Source: Octopus vulgaris
Taxonomy: Eukaryota
Reading direction: 5' to 3'
DNA: 64,000 bases
Assembly (NCBI GenBank): GCA_951406725.2
Contig: OX597822.1
Location: 5,642,001 to 5,706,000, forward strand
Under the pieces are notes generated by a model that was not told the DNA's origin, did not search any database, and saw only the letters and a list, made by a program, of their open reading frames with translations. Position numbers and translations under genes: made by a program. Below are positions 27,151 through 40,650 of this stretch, piece by piece (positions within the stretch are counted from its first letter, which is position 1; each line of letters begins with the position of its first letter).

Positions 27151-28502
27151 GAAATTGCCATAGAAAGTAAGGACTTATGCAACAAAACTATGTTGTTGTT
27201 GTTAAGCAGCAAGACGGGTAAGGGTGATTAGGTGATGGTCTAGGGCTTAGGGGCGGGAGACCCCAGACCTTGGGAAAAAAAAAAGAACTTTGGTTGCCTT
27301 GTTGTAGTCGAGGGCTCTTTGTTGACGCCCGACACCACTGGGAGGTGGCCCTCAAAGTCGCTGGAAATGGAGATCTCCAGGTCCAAATTCTTGAATGGCA
27401 CAAAACTATGTTGGACCATAGTGGTACCTCTTCAGTCATGTTTCTGCTCACTGATAACAATATCCAACTCATATTCTAATCCCAATAGATATTTGTTTAG
27501 AAATGAGTTTAAAAAAACATTAGGAAGGGCATCCAGCCGTAGAAACACTGCCAGATCTGACTGGGCCTGATGAAGCCTTCCAGCTGCACAGACCCCAGTT
27601 GAACCGTCCAACCCATGCTAGCATGGAAAACGGACGCTAAATGATGATGATGATGATGATGATTAATTATTATAACTGGTTTAAATATTCTATTCCTAAG
27701 AAACATCCTGACACTGTTAAATACTCATTGACCTCATGACATTTGCTGCTATTTTTTGAGTTCTCAATGCCCTTTGAAGTTGGTACTGGCCAGGTTAAGA
27801 ACTACTGCTGTAGAGTATTTAACACTGTTTTTTTTATTAGATTATTGTTTATGATTTGACATCCACTAACTTCTTCTTTGCATGTCAATCATCTGCTTAT
27901 TTATTTATTTATTTATTTATTTTTGTAGTATTTGATATTATCTCAACATTACTTAGTTCTTAATAGTCAATAGGAGACACAATAGTGTATGGCACCCATG
28001 TTGCATCAAGACCTTAGTAGAGAATGAACAGCCATCACCATCAAATATGATTTGGTACCATGAACCAGGATTTTGCTATTTGTTTTAAGTTCTTATATAG
28101 TTGCAAGCAGGAAATAGATGCCCTCTTGGTTTCCTTAACTTTTGACATAGCAGAATATCCAGGTTGTGACAGCTGGATGGAAAGAGGACTTCATCAGCAT
28201 CTGACTGTGAAATGAAGTACCTTACACAAGGACTCAATGCACCGCTCATTCTAGAAACTGAACTCATGATCTTAGGATCACAATATGCTCATATTAACTA
28301 CCACCACCACCACCACCACCAAGCCATATGCCTTCTCATCAAGACCAAATCCTTAAAGGGTACCATAAATGTTTGGTCTTACCAATCCCCACCACACAGA
28401 CACACATACATATCTCTTTCTCCCTATCATCACCTCTGCTGAGATTCACTTTCCAAGTTTTGAACTAATACTTTACCCAGATCATCTTGCTCAGAACTGC
28501 TA

Positions 28503-28740
28503 CCTTGAGGAATTCTAACCTTCCACACACAAAAATGTACATATTTTCCTGATAGACATTGATGAAATCAATTTTGGTTCAATATCTGTCAATGTCTATC
28601 AGGAAAATATGTACATTTTTGTGTGTGGAAGGTTAGAATTCCTCAAGGCATGATACATGCCTTTCAGATCACCATAGACTGATGAAATCAATTTTGGTTC
28701 AATATCTGTCAGTCTACGGTGATCTGAAAGGCATGTATCA
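28503..28740. repeat. Double inverted repeat: two adjacent hairpins with identical 26-nt loops
   Basis: 60-bp perfect arms at 28503-28562 and 28589-28648; 32-bp arms at 28651-28682 and 28709-28740 (1 mismatch). Both loops are TGAAATCAATTTTGGTTCAATATCTG. Confidence 0.95.
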
Positions 28741-30262
28741 GACCTTTCAGACTTCAGCACTTTCTCCTTTGAACAGCTCTTAAAAATAAATTAAATATCT
28801 ATCTGTCTATCTGTTTATTGGACTGTCAGTATGTATGTACATCTATCTCTATTTCTGTTTCTCTCTATCTATCTGTGTGCTTGGCTACCTATTAACATAC
28901 ATGCATACATAGGTACATATATACATACATACATTTATGTATACATGCATGCATGAATACACACACACACACACACACACACACCTTCTTCCTTGGACCC
29001 TCAAATCCTGATAGATTTGTAGAAGTGCTTTTGTGAAATGCAGCAAGTCTGAGGCATTTTTTATAACTTGGCAGAGCCCAGTGCTCTACAGCTTTAAATA
29101 TACAGAGAAGAGATTGACAGGGGAGAAGTCTGAGAGACAAAGTGACAAAGAGAGAGAGAGAAAAAATAAGAGAATAAGCATTTGCAGCAGGGGCAGCAGT
29201 AGTGGCAGTAGCAGCAGTAGTGGCAGTAGCAGCAGCTGCAATGGTGGTGGTGGTAGTAGTAGTAGTAGTAGTTGTGGGGTGCTACTATATTTTATCGATC
29301 CTCAAAAGATGAGAGGTAGAGTCAACCTTGGTGGAATTTGAACTCAGTGCTCAGAGAACTGGAACAAACACCACAAAGAATTTTGTCTGCTATTCTAACA
29401 ATTCTGCCAAATCACTGCCACGCATGCATGCATCCATCCACCTGTTGATGCATACAAACATTGATACGCATATACATAGATGCACATGTACATACACACA
29501 CACAGATGCCTACATACACACATACATACATGCATATTTACATATTTACCAAATGCTTTCAGTCCACTCCGTAAGGTGGTTGGCATTAGAAAGGGCATCC
29601 AGTCATAAAAACCATATCAAAACAGTCAGTGAAGCCTGGTGCAGCCTTCTGGTTTGCCACCTCCTGTCGAACTGTCCAACCCATGACAGTATGGAAAACA
29701 TAAATGATAGTGGTGGTGGTGGTGGTGATGATGATGATGATGATGATGATGACATCTCTATTTTTCTCTCTAAATCTTGCTTTCTCCCTTTTCTTTTCCA
29801 CCTGGGGTATCCATGCATCTCCTCCACAGCAAAACACCTATCTCTATTGCTTTATTATACATTTTAAGCTCTCTTCAACTTACACAAAGCTACCTCCCTC
29901 AACACTTCTTCCCTTCCCAATTGAAGAATCTTTGTCTTGCAAGATGCCAGGTGATCCCCACCCCCACCTCCTCACCTAGCACTGGTGCCACATAAAAAAA
30001 ACATCCAGTTCACTCTGAAAAGGGGTGAGTATTAGGAAGGGCATCCAACCATAAAAACCATCGTGTAACACAGTCCTCTGTTTTGCCAGCACTTGTCAAA
30101 CTGTCCAACTCATGCCACCATGGAAAATGGATGTTAAACGATGATGATGATGACGATGATGATGATGACGATGATGATGATGACGACAATGATGACGATG
30201 ACAATGATGATGATGACAATGATGATGATGATACATACGTTCATACATGCATACTTAGATAT

Positions 30263-31197
30263 TGTAGTGACGCCAGGTTTCAGATGCTATTTTGGGATTT
30301 TCATCTGCTCATGTGCAAGGATTAGTGTCTTCCGGAAGGTCTGCTGGAAGTCCCATATGTGCATGCGCAGTAATCAGCAGCAGCTAGCTTTTACCGCTAT
30401 TCTTCCTTTTTGCCTCCTGCTGCCAAGAGAGACAGACACAACCAGACAAGCTCCGAGTGAAGGCGAACTAGACTTGGCGAGCTGTGAAGAATGCTTTCAA
30501 CAATTGTGATTTAAACCAACTCTGCTGTTTCCACCCCAGGCATCTAGGCTACTGATGTCCAGAGATGAAATGCTTATTTCGGTGAAAATAAATTATTGTG
30601 TGTTTATGGCTGCTTCCTACACCAGTTTCGCATAGCCCCAGCCCATCCAAAGTACCTTGGATTGCAGAACGACCTGCTGTGCTTACCTTGGATCGTAGGG
30701 TGACCTGCTGTGCTTGAGGAGACCTATTGAGTCAAGTACATCAACATCAAAATAAATATCAAATGGAAATTGTAGTTGTGATACTTGTGCCTGTGGCACG
30801 TAAAAAGCACCATCCGAACGTGGTTGATGTCAGCGCTGACTTGAATGGCTTCTGTGCCAGTGGCACGTAAAAAGCACCAACTGATCATGGCTGCTGCCAG
30901 CCTCCCCTGGCACTAGTGCCGGTGGCACGTAAAAAGCACCCACTACACTCACAGAGTGGTTAGCATTAGGAAGGGCATCAAGCTGTGGAAACACTGTCAG
31001 ATCAGACTGGAGCCTGGTGCAGCCTCCTGGCTTCCCAGGCCCCGGTCGAACCGTCCAACTCGTGCTAGCATGGAAAACGGACGTTAAATGATGATGATGA
31101 TTTATTCGGAGATTCGTGTTCCTGCTATTTTTCCTTTCTACAACTATGTAACGAGATGTGACGCACCCAACAAGTACCAGTGTCACATACTCCTACA
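30263..31197 (+). mobile_element. Solo LTR interrupted by a family C insertion
   Basis: Termini TGTAG...CTACA; 4-bp TSD ATAT at 30259-30262 and 31198-31201; AATAAA at 30587-30592. Confidence 0.7.
30608..31100 (+). mobile_element. 5'-extended family C copy (RTE 3' end with internal repeat units)
   Basis: (GAT)n tail; putative TSD TTTAT at 30603-30607 and 31101-31105; repeated GGCACGTAAAAAGCACC units. Confidence 0.75.
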
Positions 31198-31879
31198 ATA
31201 TCATTTACACTGTAAGCAGCTAAATGATTAGCGTTATGAAGAATATCTGAATCTCTAAAACTATTCATTGATTACATTTAATAGACCTTCTCTTAAATTA
31301 GAATACATCCATATTTAAACACCAAGGAAAAGAATTCTGACATGTAGAATTCTCAGTAATATCTGTGGTACAAGGGGAAATTCTATAATATAATAATATT
31401 AGAGTAAGAGATTTGTTTCTCTATTACAGGATACATTAATACTGATGCTAAAATGAATATCTTTGAAAACTTGAATGTTTCCAAAGAATTTTACAAATTC
31501 ACTCCATCATTGAAAGACAGAAAAATATGCAAATCACTTTCTTTTTCTTATTTCATTTATTCATTTATTTAGTTACATTTTTTTTTTCTAAGTTCAGTAT
31601 TGGAATTTCTACCAATTTACTGTTCTGCGAATTATCAAAAAAAAAAAAAAAGTAAAAAAAAAAAATGAAGCTTATTTTATATTCAGTTTTATATTATTAC
31701 TAGAATACTTGTACCACATCTAATAGTATTCACAAATATTATCTTGAAATTTCGTTAGCTTTCAAGTAAATATTAAGAAAAATAGAAAACATGAACAAGA
31801 ACAAGAACAGAATTTTTTTTTTATTGAACCATAATCTCATTAAAAAGAAAATACCATAACAACAACAACAACAACAACA

Positions 31880-31914
<35 letters not shown>

Positions 31915-32327
31915 AGAAGAAGAAAGAAGTAGAAGAAGAAGCTAAAAGGAGTAGTGAAATATAACTACTATTCACACAAACTTTTATAACAGATTTACAG
32001 TTTAAAGAAATTAGATATTGGAACCCTTTTGAATGCTTTTTCGAAACTGACTTTTCATAAAATGTTGTCAATGAATAGCTAGAGGCAGTTAATTGTGAAA
32101 GTATTCAACAATTGGTTCGTCATAAACATAACAGCAAAGATGCTATGATTTCTCAGCTTATTCACAGAGTATCATTACAACGTTTCTTATGAAATATTTC
32201 TTCCAACCATCTTATCATTTGTTTTTTTTTTTGTTTCTGTTTTGTATTTTTCATTTTTGTTTTATTTTGGCATTATTTGTTCATTCCTATATTTTTTATA
32301 TTTTTATTTTTATTTCAAGAAAGTATT

Positions 32328-32331
32328 TTTA

Positions 32332-32382
<51 letters not shown>

Positions 32383-32387
32383 TATTG

Positions 32388-32448
<61 letters not shown>

Positions 32449-32775
32449 GGTTATTATTTTTAGAATTATTTGATCTTTTGATCTACAGTCAGTATAACTA
32501 TATATGTTTGTGTGTATTTATACGTATATATATATATACATATATGTCTATATCTGTCTGTCTGTCTGTCTCTATTATATATATACATAGATACACACTA
32601 TATATATGTATGTTTATGTATATGTATACATATATATATAGACATGTGTATAAGTATATATATATATATAATATCTGTATGTATGCATATATATATGTGT
32701 ATATGCATGTATATGTATGTGTATGTATATAGATGTGTGTGTGTATGCGCATGTATTTGTGTGTGTAAATGCATA
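32328..32775. repeat. (ATT)n array followed by a degenerate (TA)/(TG) tract
   Basis: Direct reading. Confidence 0.9.
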
Positions 32776-33248
32776 TAATGCAGGAGGTGTTAGAAAGTTT
32801 AATAAAAATTTGGTTATGAGTTTGGGTTCTAATCCCTCAGAAGTCGTCTTTACCTTTCGTCCTTGTAGATTTGATAAAATAAAGTACCAGTAATGTATTG
32901 GGGTCAGTTTAACCAGATACCTCCCACCCTTCCAACAATTTACGTATGTGCTCATGGAGTACCTCAGACTTGGAGGAACTAAAGTATATCTGGTCGTAGA
33001 CTATCTCAGACTTACAATTCCATCATAACGATGGGAGAGATGCTCAAAACTTTAACCCAACTCTTTGGTCCTTGCATTTTCTGCAAGTATTGTGTCCCTG
33101 GTAAGTACTTCAAAATTTTGATTTGTGCTTTGCTGTGACAGACTAAACAATTTCTAGATGAACCTGGTAGATTTAAATGAATGTCAACACCATAGTTTGA
33201 GAAAATGACACCCTTCAGCTTGGAAAAAAGAAATGCTAAATGAAGATA

Positions 33249-33662
33249 AGGCGCAGGAGTGGCTGTGTGGTAAGTAGCTTGCTTACCAACCACATAGTTC
33301 CGGGTTCAGTCCCACTGCGTGGCACCTTGGGCAAGTTTCTTCTACTATAGCCTCGGGCCGACCAAAGCCTTGTGAGTGGATTTGGTAGACGGAAACTGAA
33401 AGAAGCCCATCGTATATATGTATATATATATGTGTGTGCGTGTGTGTTTGTGTGTCTGTGTTTGTCCCCCCTAGCATTTCTTGACAACCGATGCTGGTGT
33501 GTTTATGTCCCCGTAACTTAGCGGTTCGGCAAAAGAGACCAATAGAATAAGTACTGGGCTTACAAAGAATAAGTCCTGGGGTCGAGTTGCTCGATTAAAG
33601 GTGGTGCTCCAGCATGGCCACAGTCAGATGACTGAAACAAGTAAAAGAGAGAAAAAAGAAAG
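33249..33662 (+). mobile_element. SINE family A, full length, with TSD
   Basis: TSD AGATAAGGC at 33244-33252 and 33663-33671, overlapping the SINE 5' AGGC. Confidence 0.9.
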
Positions 33663-33671
33663 AGATAAGGC

Positions 33672-34100
33672 AAAAATACAGCCTTATATCACCCCACTTC
33701 AAATGATGAAAACCTTCAAAGAATGCTGCCTTTCATCTTTGTATGGAATGATAGAACTATTTCAAGGAAACTTGGAGGACAACCAATTCTAATGAGTTCT
33801 TTGAATAAGCCATCTTCTACTCATATGTTTGAGGACCATTATGAAGACAACAAAAACAATATGGAGTGTTTGTCTTTACTCTCTTGTGGAGTGACATGAC
33901 CTGAAACCATGCTGAGATTTGAGAAATACATTCTTAAATATTTTTTCAATGGTCTATTCAGAACTATGCACCTGAAGACCTTCCCAATTAAGCTCAACAA
34001 AGAGATTTCTTCACCTGATATAGTAGCTTTTCTCACTTTTGCACTTATTCAAGGTGACAAGCTGCAATTTTCCTTTTTCTGATACTGGCCTTCCTTTCAA
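33672..34100 (-). pseudogene. RTE-like reverse transcriptase remnant, probably continuing to ~33000 beyond the SINE
   Basis: ISLLSLIGKVFRCIVLNR followed, after a frameshift, by SQHGFR: the typical N-terminal motifs of a non-LTR RT. Confidence 0.65.
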
Positions 34101-34496
34101 ACATTAGTACACTGTTACAAACCCAGTAACTTAGAAGGAAACTACTAGCACACTTTATTGACCCCAGATGGAACATCATCCAATTCTTGCCAGTGCCTTG
34201 CCTGTGGGCAGGTTATCAATGCAGCCATTGATACTGTAACCTTGTCTGTAATCTTATATAAATTTAAATGTTGCGAATATGAGTTACACAATCTCTGAAA
34301 AGTTGACAATAAAATTTGATTATAAGGTTTTCCTTAGATAGTTGATAGCTTTTTTTTTATTGTTAACAAAACACATGTAAGATGATGTAACTAAATAATT
34401 TATGAACAAATTAATTCTATTTTGTTTTGCCTTTTCTCTCTGTATCTCTCTCTCTCACCCCTTCTAGATATATATATATATATGGATATATATATA

Positions 34497-34975
34497 TCAT
34501 CATCATCATCATCATCATCGTTTAGCGTCCGCTTTCCATGCTAGCATGGGTTGGACGGTTCAACTGGGGTCTGTGAAGCCAGAAGGCTGCATCAGGCCCA
34601 GTCTGATCTGGCAGTGTTTCTACGACTGGATGCCCTTCCTAATGCCAACCATTCCGTGAGTGTGGTGGGTGCTTTTTACATGCCACCCGCACAGGTGCCA
34701 GACAGAGCTGGCAAACGGCCATGGATGGATGGTGATTTTTATGTGCCACCGGCACGGGGGCCAGGCGAGGCTGGCAATGGCCACGAACGGATGGTGCTTT
34801 TTACGTGCCACCGGTACGGAGGCCAGTCGGGGCGGCGCTGGCAACGGCCACGATCGGATGGTTCGCTTACTTGTCACCGGCACTGGTATCACAGCTGCAA
34901 TTTCCATTGATGTTGATCGACTTCGATTTTGGTTCTGCTTTCTGATATCTAATTTGATTTGGTTTGATTTTGATT
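34497..34975 (-). mobile_element. Family C copy with an expanded ~50-bp internal tandem unit
   Basis: GGTG(C)TTTTTAC(G/A)TGCCACC(G)GCAC...GCTGGCAA.GGCCA..(A)CGGAT repeated ~4 times at 34665-34885. Confidence 0.85.
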
Positions 34976-35004
34976 ATATATATATATATTTGTAAACAGG
35001 CCAA

Positions 35005-35276
35005 TCCAAGTTGTCAAGTGGTGGTGGAGAACAAGTGGTGGTGAGGAACAAACACAAACACAAAGACACACACACACACACACACAAACACATACACAAA
35101 GATATATATATACTATGAACATCTTTCAGTTTCCATCTACCAAATCTGCTCATAAGCTTTTCGTCAGCCCAATGCTATACTAGAAGACACTTGCCCAAGG
35201 TGCCATGCAGTGGGACTGAACCCAGAACCATGTTGTTGGGAAGCAAAATTTTTACCACACAGCCATGCCTGTGCCT
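35005..35276 (-). mobile_element. SINE family A, diverged and 3'-truncated
   Basis: Head and core are colinear with family A. Confidence 0.75.
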
Positions 35277-35572
35277 TATCTAATTTTTTTCCTTTTTATT
35301 TATGCATTTAGGTTTTTCTTGTGTGTATGTGTGTACAGGGTTTTTCAATAGAATATATATCGATATCTATTTATAGCACTGATTGACAAAAGACAAACTC
35401 TTCCCCAATAATTAATTAATTATTTAATTAACTAACCAAGTAGCAATAAAGAAGTAAACAATAGTCAATGTGTATGTGTGTTTTTGACAGAATGATCCTC
35501 TTAAGGTGTAACAATATGTTTCAGCACATGATTTCACATTAAGAATCTTTCAAATAAATACAAAACAAAAAC

Positions 35573-35626
<54 letters not shown>

Positions 35627-35714
35627 TGCACACGTGTGTGTGTGTGCATGCACGTGTGTGTGTATGTATATGTTTCTTTGCAGGTTCATGTGTTTGTTGT
35701 GTTTCTCTACATGC

Positions 35715-35748
<34 letters not shown>

Positions 35749-36349
35749 TGATATATACTTTCCCATTAACATCTGAGGAACAAAAGGTAATAAAAATAAT
35801 AATCATAATAATGAATTGAATGTATGGTCGTTTTGTTGCTATGGAAATACAAAATTGCTTACTACTTGAATCAAACACTGAAGCCTTTTTCTTCCTCCCT
35901 CTCCTTACTCACGCACCCCCACCCACCCACACACAAACTTTCTTTATTTTGTTTCCTTGTTTATATTCTTCTTTTATTGCTTTGTTTTATAACAAGTTTT
36001 TCTCTTATTTTATACTTATTTACACTTTTTAATACACCAAAGAGATTGAACTGGCAGAATCGTTGAAGTATCCGATCAAAATGCCTTTTTTGTTCTGAGT
36101 TCAAATCTTGCCAAAATCAACTTTACCATGGTAATGCCACACAGAATCATCATTATCATCATCATCATCGTTTAACGTCCGCTTTCCATGCTAGCATGGG
36201 TTGGACGATTTTGACTGAGGGTTGGCGAACCAGATAGCTGCACCAGGCTCCAGTATTTAGCTGTGTCTCTTTATATACTGGGTTCAGTTCTCTCCAGTGT
36301 TAAATTTGATTTTCAACATTCTGGGAGGTGCATAGAAATAATTACCAGT

Positions 36350-36755
36350 CAGGTATTGGAACTGTTATAATTAGGTGTTTCCTCTCCACAAAATTTGGAG
36401 CCAAGCATTGGACAAAGTGTCTTGTGGTATTTATGTTCTATGTTGGAAATTTCCCAAGGTGAACTTTGCCTTTCACCCTCTTGGGGACAATAAATAAAGT
36501 GTTATTCTGATGCTGAGTTAATATAATTGTCTAATGTAAGGTGGTGAGCTGGTAGAAATGTTAGCATGCCAGACAAAATGCTTAGTAGCATTTCACCTGT
36601 CTTTACTTTCTGAGTTCAAATTCTGCTGAGATTGACTTTGCCTTTCGTCCCCTCGAGGTCGATAAAATAAATATCAGCTGAACAATGGAGGTTGATGTAA
36701 CTGACTTACCCAACTCCCTTGAACTTGCTGGCCTTGTGCCATAATTTTAAACCGT
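36350..36755 (+). mobile_element. Cluster of older SINE family B copies
   Basis: GGTGGTGAGCTGGTAGAA head at 36540; TTCTGAGTTCAAATTC B box. Confidence 0.7.
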
Positions 36756-37759
36756 TATTATTAATTAAGGCCACCACCCTCAAAAATTACTCATCAATGT
36801 AAAGTGCTCTGATCAATGCAAGTGAATTCTTGAATTTTAAATGTTTTAATTATTGCATGTTTAATTGAACTTCTTCATCTTTAAAGAAGTTTTGTGTTTT
36901 ATAAATTTTTGATTTGTCTAATCATGTATTGTATAATGTCCTTCCTCATTTGTTTTTGTACAACACAGCCACCTCATCCCCACGTATCTTTGCAAATTTC
37001 CTGTTTAACATTTCTTTGTATTTTTCTTTAACTCTTGCAGGCTTTGTGGGTAATAAAGATAAAATATTAGTTATTGCGGTTATGTTGGGTTAGCATGAAT
37101 GGACATGTTGTTAAACCAACTACAGAGAATTGGATTGTTGCCAAGTTTACTGAATTAGAAGTTTCTTTTTCAGGGATTTATTTCAAATAAGGGATGTTCA
37201 AAATGTGTGAACCTTTATCCTTATTATCTGGAGTTTGTATTTTAAACTAATCATATTTTAACTTTATATATTTACATTCATTTCATTCTGGCTTTTTGTG
37301 CCAGAAGAGTGCAAATTAGTCCACAGAAAGGCAGATGTACTTTGTCAAATGAAAAATAACATTTTAACAAGTGAAAACATAAGACATTAATTTACATGAC
37401 ATAAACAATATTGTAAGCAACAATAACTTTTTTACTAGTGCTGTAAGCCAAGTATCAAACATTGTTCAAACTCTGAAAAATAAAAAGGAAAACATTCATT
37501 GCAGCATTCACACCAGGTTGCCAGAGAGAGAATATTTCCTTTTTTTCCTCTATCAGTCTTGAATATTTATAGCTTTCTTCTTCCATTGATTAAGTAAGAC
37601 ATAAATATTGAAAAATCTATTTTATTCATGTTGCTGGGTGAGATGTTGTGCATTGATCAGAGCAAAAGAAAAGTTACCTTTCTCAAAGTCATGCTGACTT
37701 TTAAGGGTCATTTTTCTGGTTTCATGGCATAGATACTCCCTGCCTGGACATGACGACAA

Positions 37760-38163
37760 TACTCTTTTACTCTTTTACTTGTTTCAGTCATTTGACTGCG
37801 GCCATGCTGGAGCACCACCTTTAATCGAGCAACTCGACCCCGCGACTTATTCTTTTGTAAGCCCAGTACTTATTCTATCGGTCTCTTTTTCCGAACCGCT
37901 AAGTGACGGGGACATAAACACACCAGCATCGGTTGTCAAGCAATGCTAGGGGGACAAACACACACACACAAACACACACATGCATATATATATATATATA
38001 TACGACGGGCTTCTTTCAGTTTCTGTCTACCAAATCCACTCACAAGGCTTTGGTCGGCCCGAGGCTATAGTAGAAGACACTTGCCCAAGGTGCCACGCAG
38101 TGGGACTGAACCCGGAACCATGTGGCTGGTAAACAAGCTACTTACCACACAGCCACTCCTGCG
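37760..38163 (-). mobile_element. SINE family A inserted in a family D SINE (parts at ~37672-37757 and 38165-38290)
   Basis: Full family A copy. The right flank carries the reverse complement of a tRNA-like head, GTGGGGCACGTGGCTTAGTGGTTAGGG. Confidence 0.8.
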
Positions 38164-39072
38164 CAAGATTGAGCAATGTGAAACAAAGTGTTTTACTCAA
38201 GAGCACAACACATTGCTCAGTCCAGGAATTGAAAACACAATCTTCCGATCATAAGTCCCACACCCTAACCACTAAGCCACGTGCCCCACATTGATCAGAG
38301 AATGGCATAAGGAAGTTTATACTTCGTCTTCCAGTGAAAGGAAGCAACAAGCAGATGCAGTGCAACACACCTGTCCTAGACACACCTGTCCTAGACACAC
38401 CTGTCCACAATACATAAGCTTAATGCAATTACAAGGGCAACAGTCTGGGACATTGGCAATGGCATTGACCTTTGGTTTGTTACCTTTGAAGTACAATATG
38501 GATTGGTTATGAGGGTACAGGTCATGAAAACTGACATGTAGTCAGGGGGGAGGGATTAGTACAGCTCAATGACTTACAATTTCTCATGACCTCCAAAATT
38601 CTACAGGGCATTGCAAAGCTGTGCCCCATCGTAGAACATAACATGAAAATTAGAAGTACAAATCAGAAAGATCTGCTACAACATTTGTAGCAATAAGAGC
38701 TACACGAGGGCATCCTCAACTAGGAATTAGGAAAGACAGACAGTGTAGCAGATATCAAGAGAATCAGCAACCAGAACTGCAGGTTCTGGAGGCTGCTGCT
38801 TCAACAGCGCTGCCTTTTGGATAACCCACTCACTGAAATGTTATGTATGGAGCTATTGGTCACTGCAGACTGGCAGAATCCTAAGAGCATCAGGCAAAAT
38901 AACTTGCAGTATATGTTCCAGCTGTTTATGTTCTGAGTTCATATCCAGCCAAAAGCAGCTTAGCCTTTCATTCTTCCAGGGTTGACAATAAAATACCAAC
39001 CAAGAGAGTAACTAATTCCCTCTCCACTTATGCCAGAATTTTGAAACCATTAAACATTGTTGTTGTTGTTGG

Positions 39073-39796
39073 TCTTCTTCTTCTTCTTCTTCTTCTTCTT
39101 CTTCTTCTTCTTCTTCTGCTTCTTCTTCTTCTGCTTCTTCTTCTTCTCCTCCTCCTCCTCCTCCTCCACCCCCTCCTTCTTCTTCTTCTCCTTCTCCTTC
39201 TCCTCCTCCTTCTTCTTCTTCTTCTTATTATTATCATTATTATTCCTCTCCTCCTCCTCCTCCTCCTTCTTCTTCTTCTTCTTCTTCTTCTTCTTCTCCT
39301 TCTTCTTCTTCTTCTTATTCTTATTCTCCTCCTCCTCCTTCTTCTTCTTCTTCTTCTTCTTCTTCTTCGTCTTCTTCTTCTTCTTCTTCCCCTCCTCCTC
39401 CTCCTCCTCCTCTTCCCCCCTCCCCCTCCTTCTTCTTCTCCTCCTCCTCCTTCTTCTGCTTCTTCCTCTCCTTCTTCTTCTTCTTCTTCTCCTCCTCCTT
39501 CTTCTTCTTCTTCCTCTCCTTCTTCTTCTTCTTCTTCTTCTTCTCCTTCTTCTTCTTCTTCTTCTTCTTCTTCTTCTTCTTCTTCTCTTCTTCTTCTTCT
39601 TCTTCTTCTTCTTCTTCTCCTTCTTCTTCTTCTTCTTCTTCTTCTTCTTCTTCTTCTTCTCCTTCTTCTTCTTCTTCTTCTTCTTCTTCTTCTTCTCCTT
39701 CTTCTTCTTCTCCTCCTTCTTCTTCTTCTTCTTCTTCTTCTTCTTCTTCTTCTTCTCCTTCTTCTTCTTCTTCTTCTTCTTCTTCTTCTTCTTCTT

Positions 39797-39826
<30 letters not shown>
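39073..39826. repeat. ~750-bp compound (CTT)n/(CCT)n homopyrimidine array
   Basis: Direct reading; source of the poly-L/F/K/R ORFs. Confidence 0.97.
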
Positions 39827-39827
<1 letters not shown>

Positions 39828-40010
39828 ACCCAGTCAGCTGCAGAATTGTTAGTTGAAAAAATGTTTAATGACATTTTCTTTCCTGGCTCTTTATGTCCAG
39901 AGTTCAAATTCTGCCAATGTTCACTTTGTCTTTCATCCTTTTGGGGTTGAAAAAAGTTGACTGTCCACCTCCCTCAAAATTTCAGGCCTTGTGCCTATAA
40001 CGGAAAGGGC

Positions 40011-40056
40011 CATCATCATCATCATCATCGCTGCCGCTGCCGCCGCCACCACCACC

Positions 40057-40090
<34 letters not shown>

Positions 40091-40164
40091 TCATCATCAC
40101 CACCATCATCATCACCACCATCATCATCATCATCATCGCTGCCACTGCCGCCACCACCACCACC

Positions 40165-40195
<31 letters not shown>

Positions 40196-40275
40196 CCACC
40201 ATCATCATCACCACCATCATCATCATCATCATCGCTGCTGCTGCCGCCAAAACCACCACCACCACCACCACCACC

Positions 40276-40309
<34 letters not shown>

Positions 40310-40350
40310 TCATCATCCTCATCATCATCATCACCACCATCATCATCATC
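40011..40350. repeat. (CAT)n/(CAC)n/(CGC)n compound array with an internal higher-order repeat
   Basis: Three cycles of (CAT)n-GCTGCC-(CAC)n. Confidence 0.95.
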
Positions 40351-40650
40351 AAGGTGGTGAGCTTGCAGAATTGCTGGTGTGCCAGACAAAATGGTTAGTT
40401 ACATTTTGTCTGTCTTTACATTCTGAGATCAAATTCTGCTGTGGTTAACTTTGCATGTCATCCTTTCAATATCCTCAACTAGTCCCCTCTCACAAAATTT
40501 CAGGCCTTGTGCGTATAGCAGAAAAGACCTATTATACTTGTCATTGGTTGCACAATGGCACAATTAAATATAAGATTCAATGAGCACAGGTGTGATGCCA
40601 GGCTCAAGAACAATAATTCAATGGAATCTGCTGCATGTTTTATGCCAGAC

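Noticed and set aside
34660-34890. CRISPR-like repeat/spacer pattern
   Set aside because: The spacers are homologous to each other, the context is a eukaryotic retroelement, and there are no cas genes.
35481-35511. 15-nt microexon (gacag AATGATCCTCTTAAG gtgtaa)
   Set aside because: The donor is weak and there is no supporting context; expected by chance.
37021-37056. 9-nt microexon (ttgcag GCTTTGTGG gtaata)
   Set aside because: The sequence matches the retroelement 3'-tail motif seen at ~6256 and in SINE B tails.
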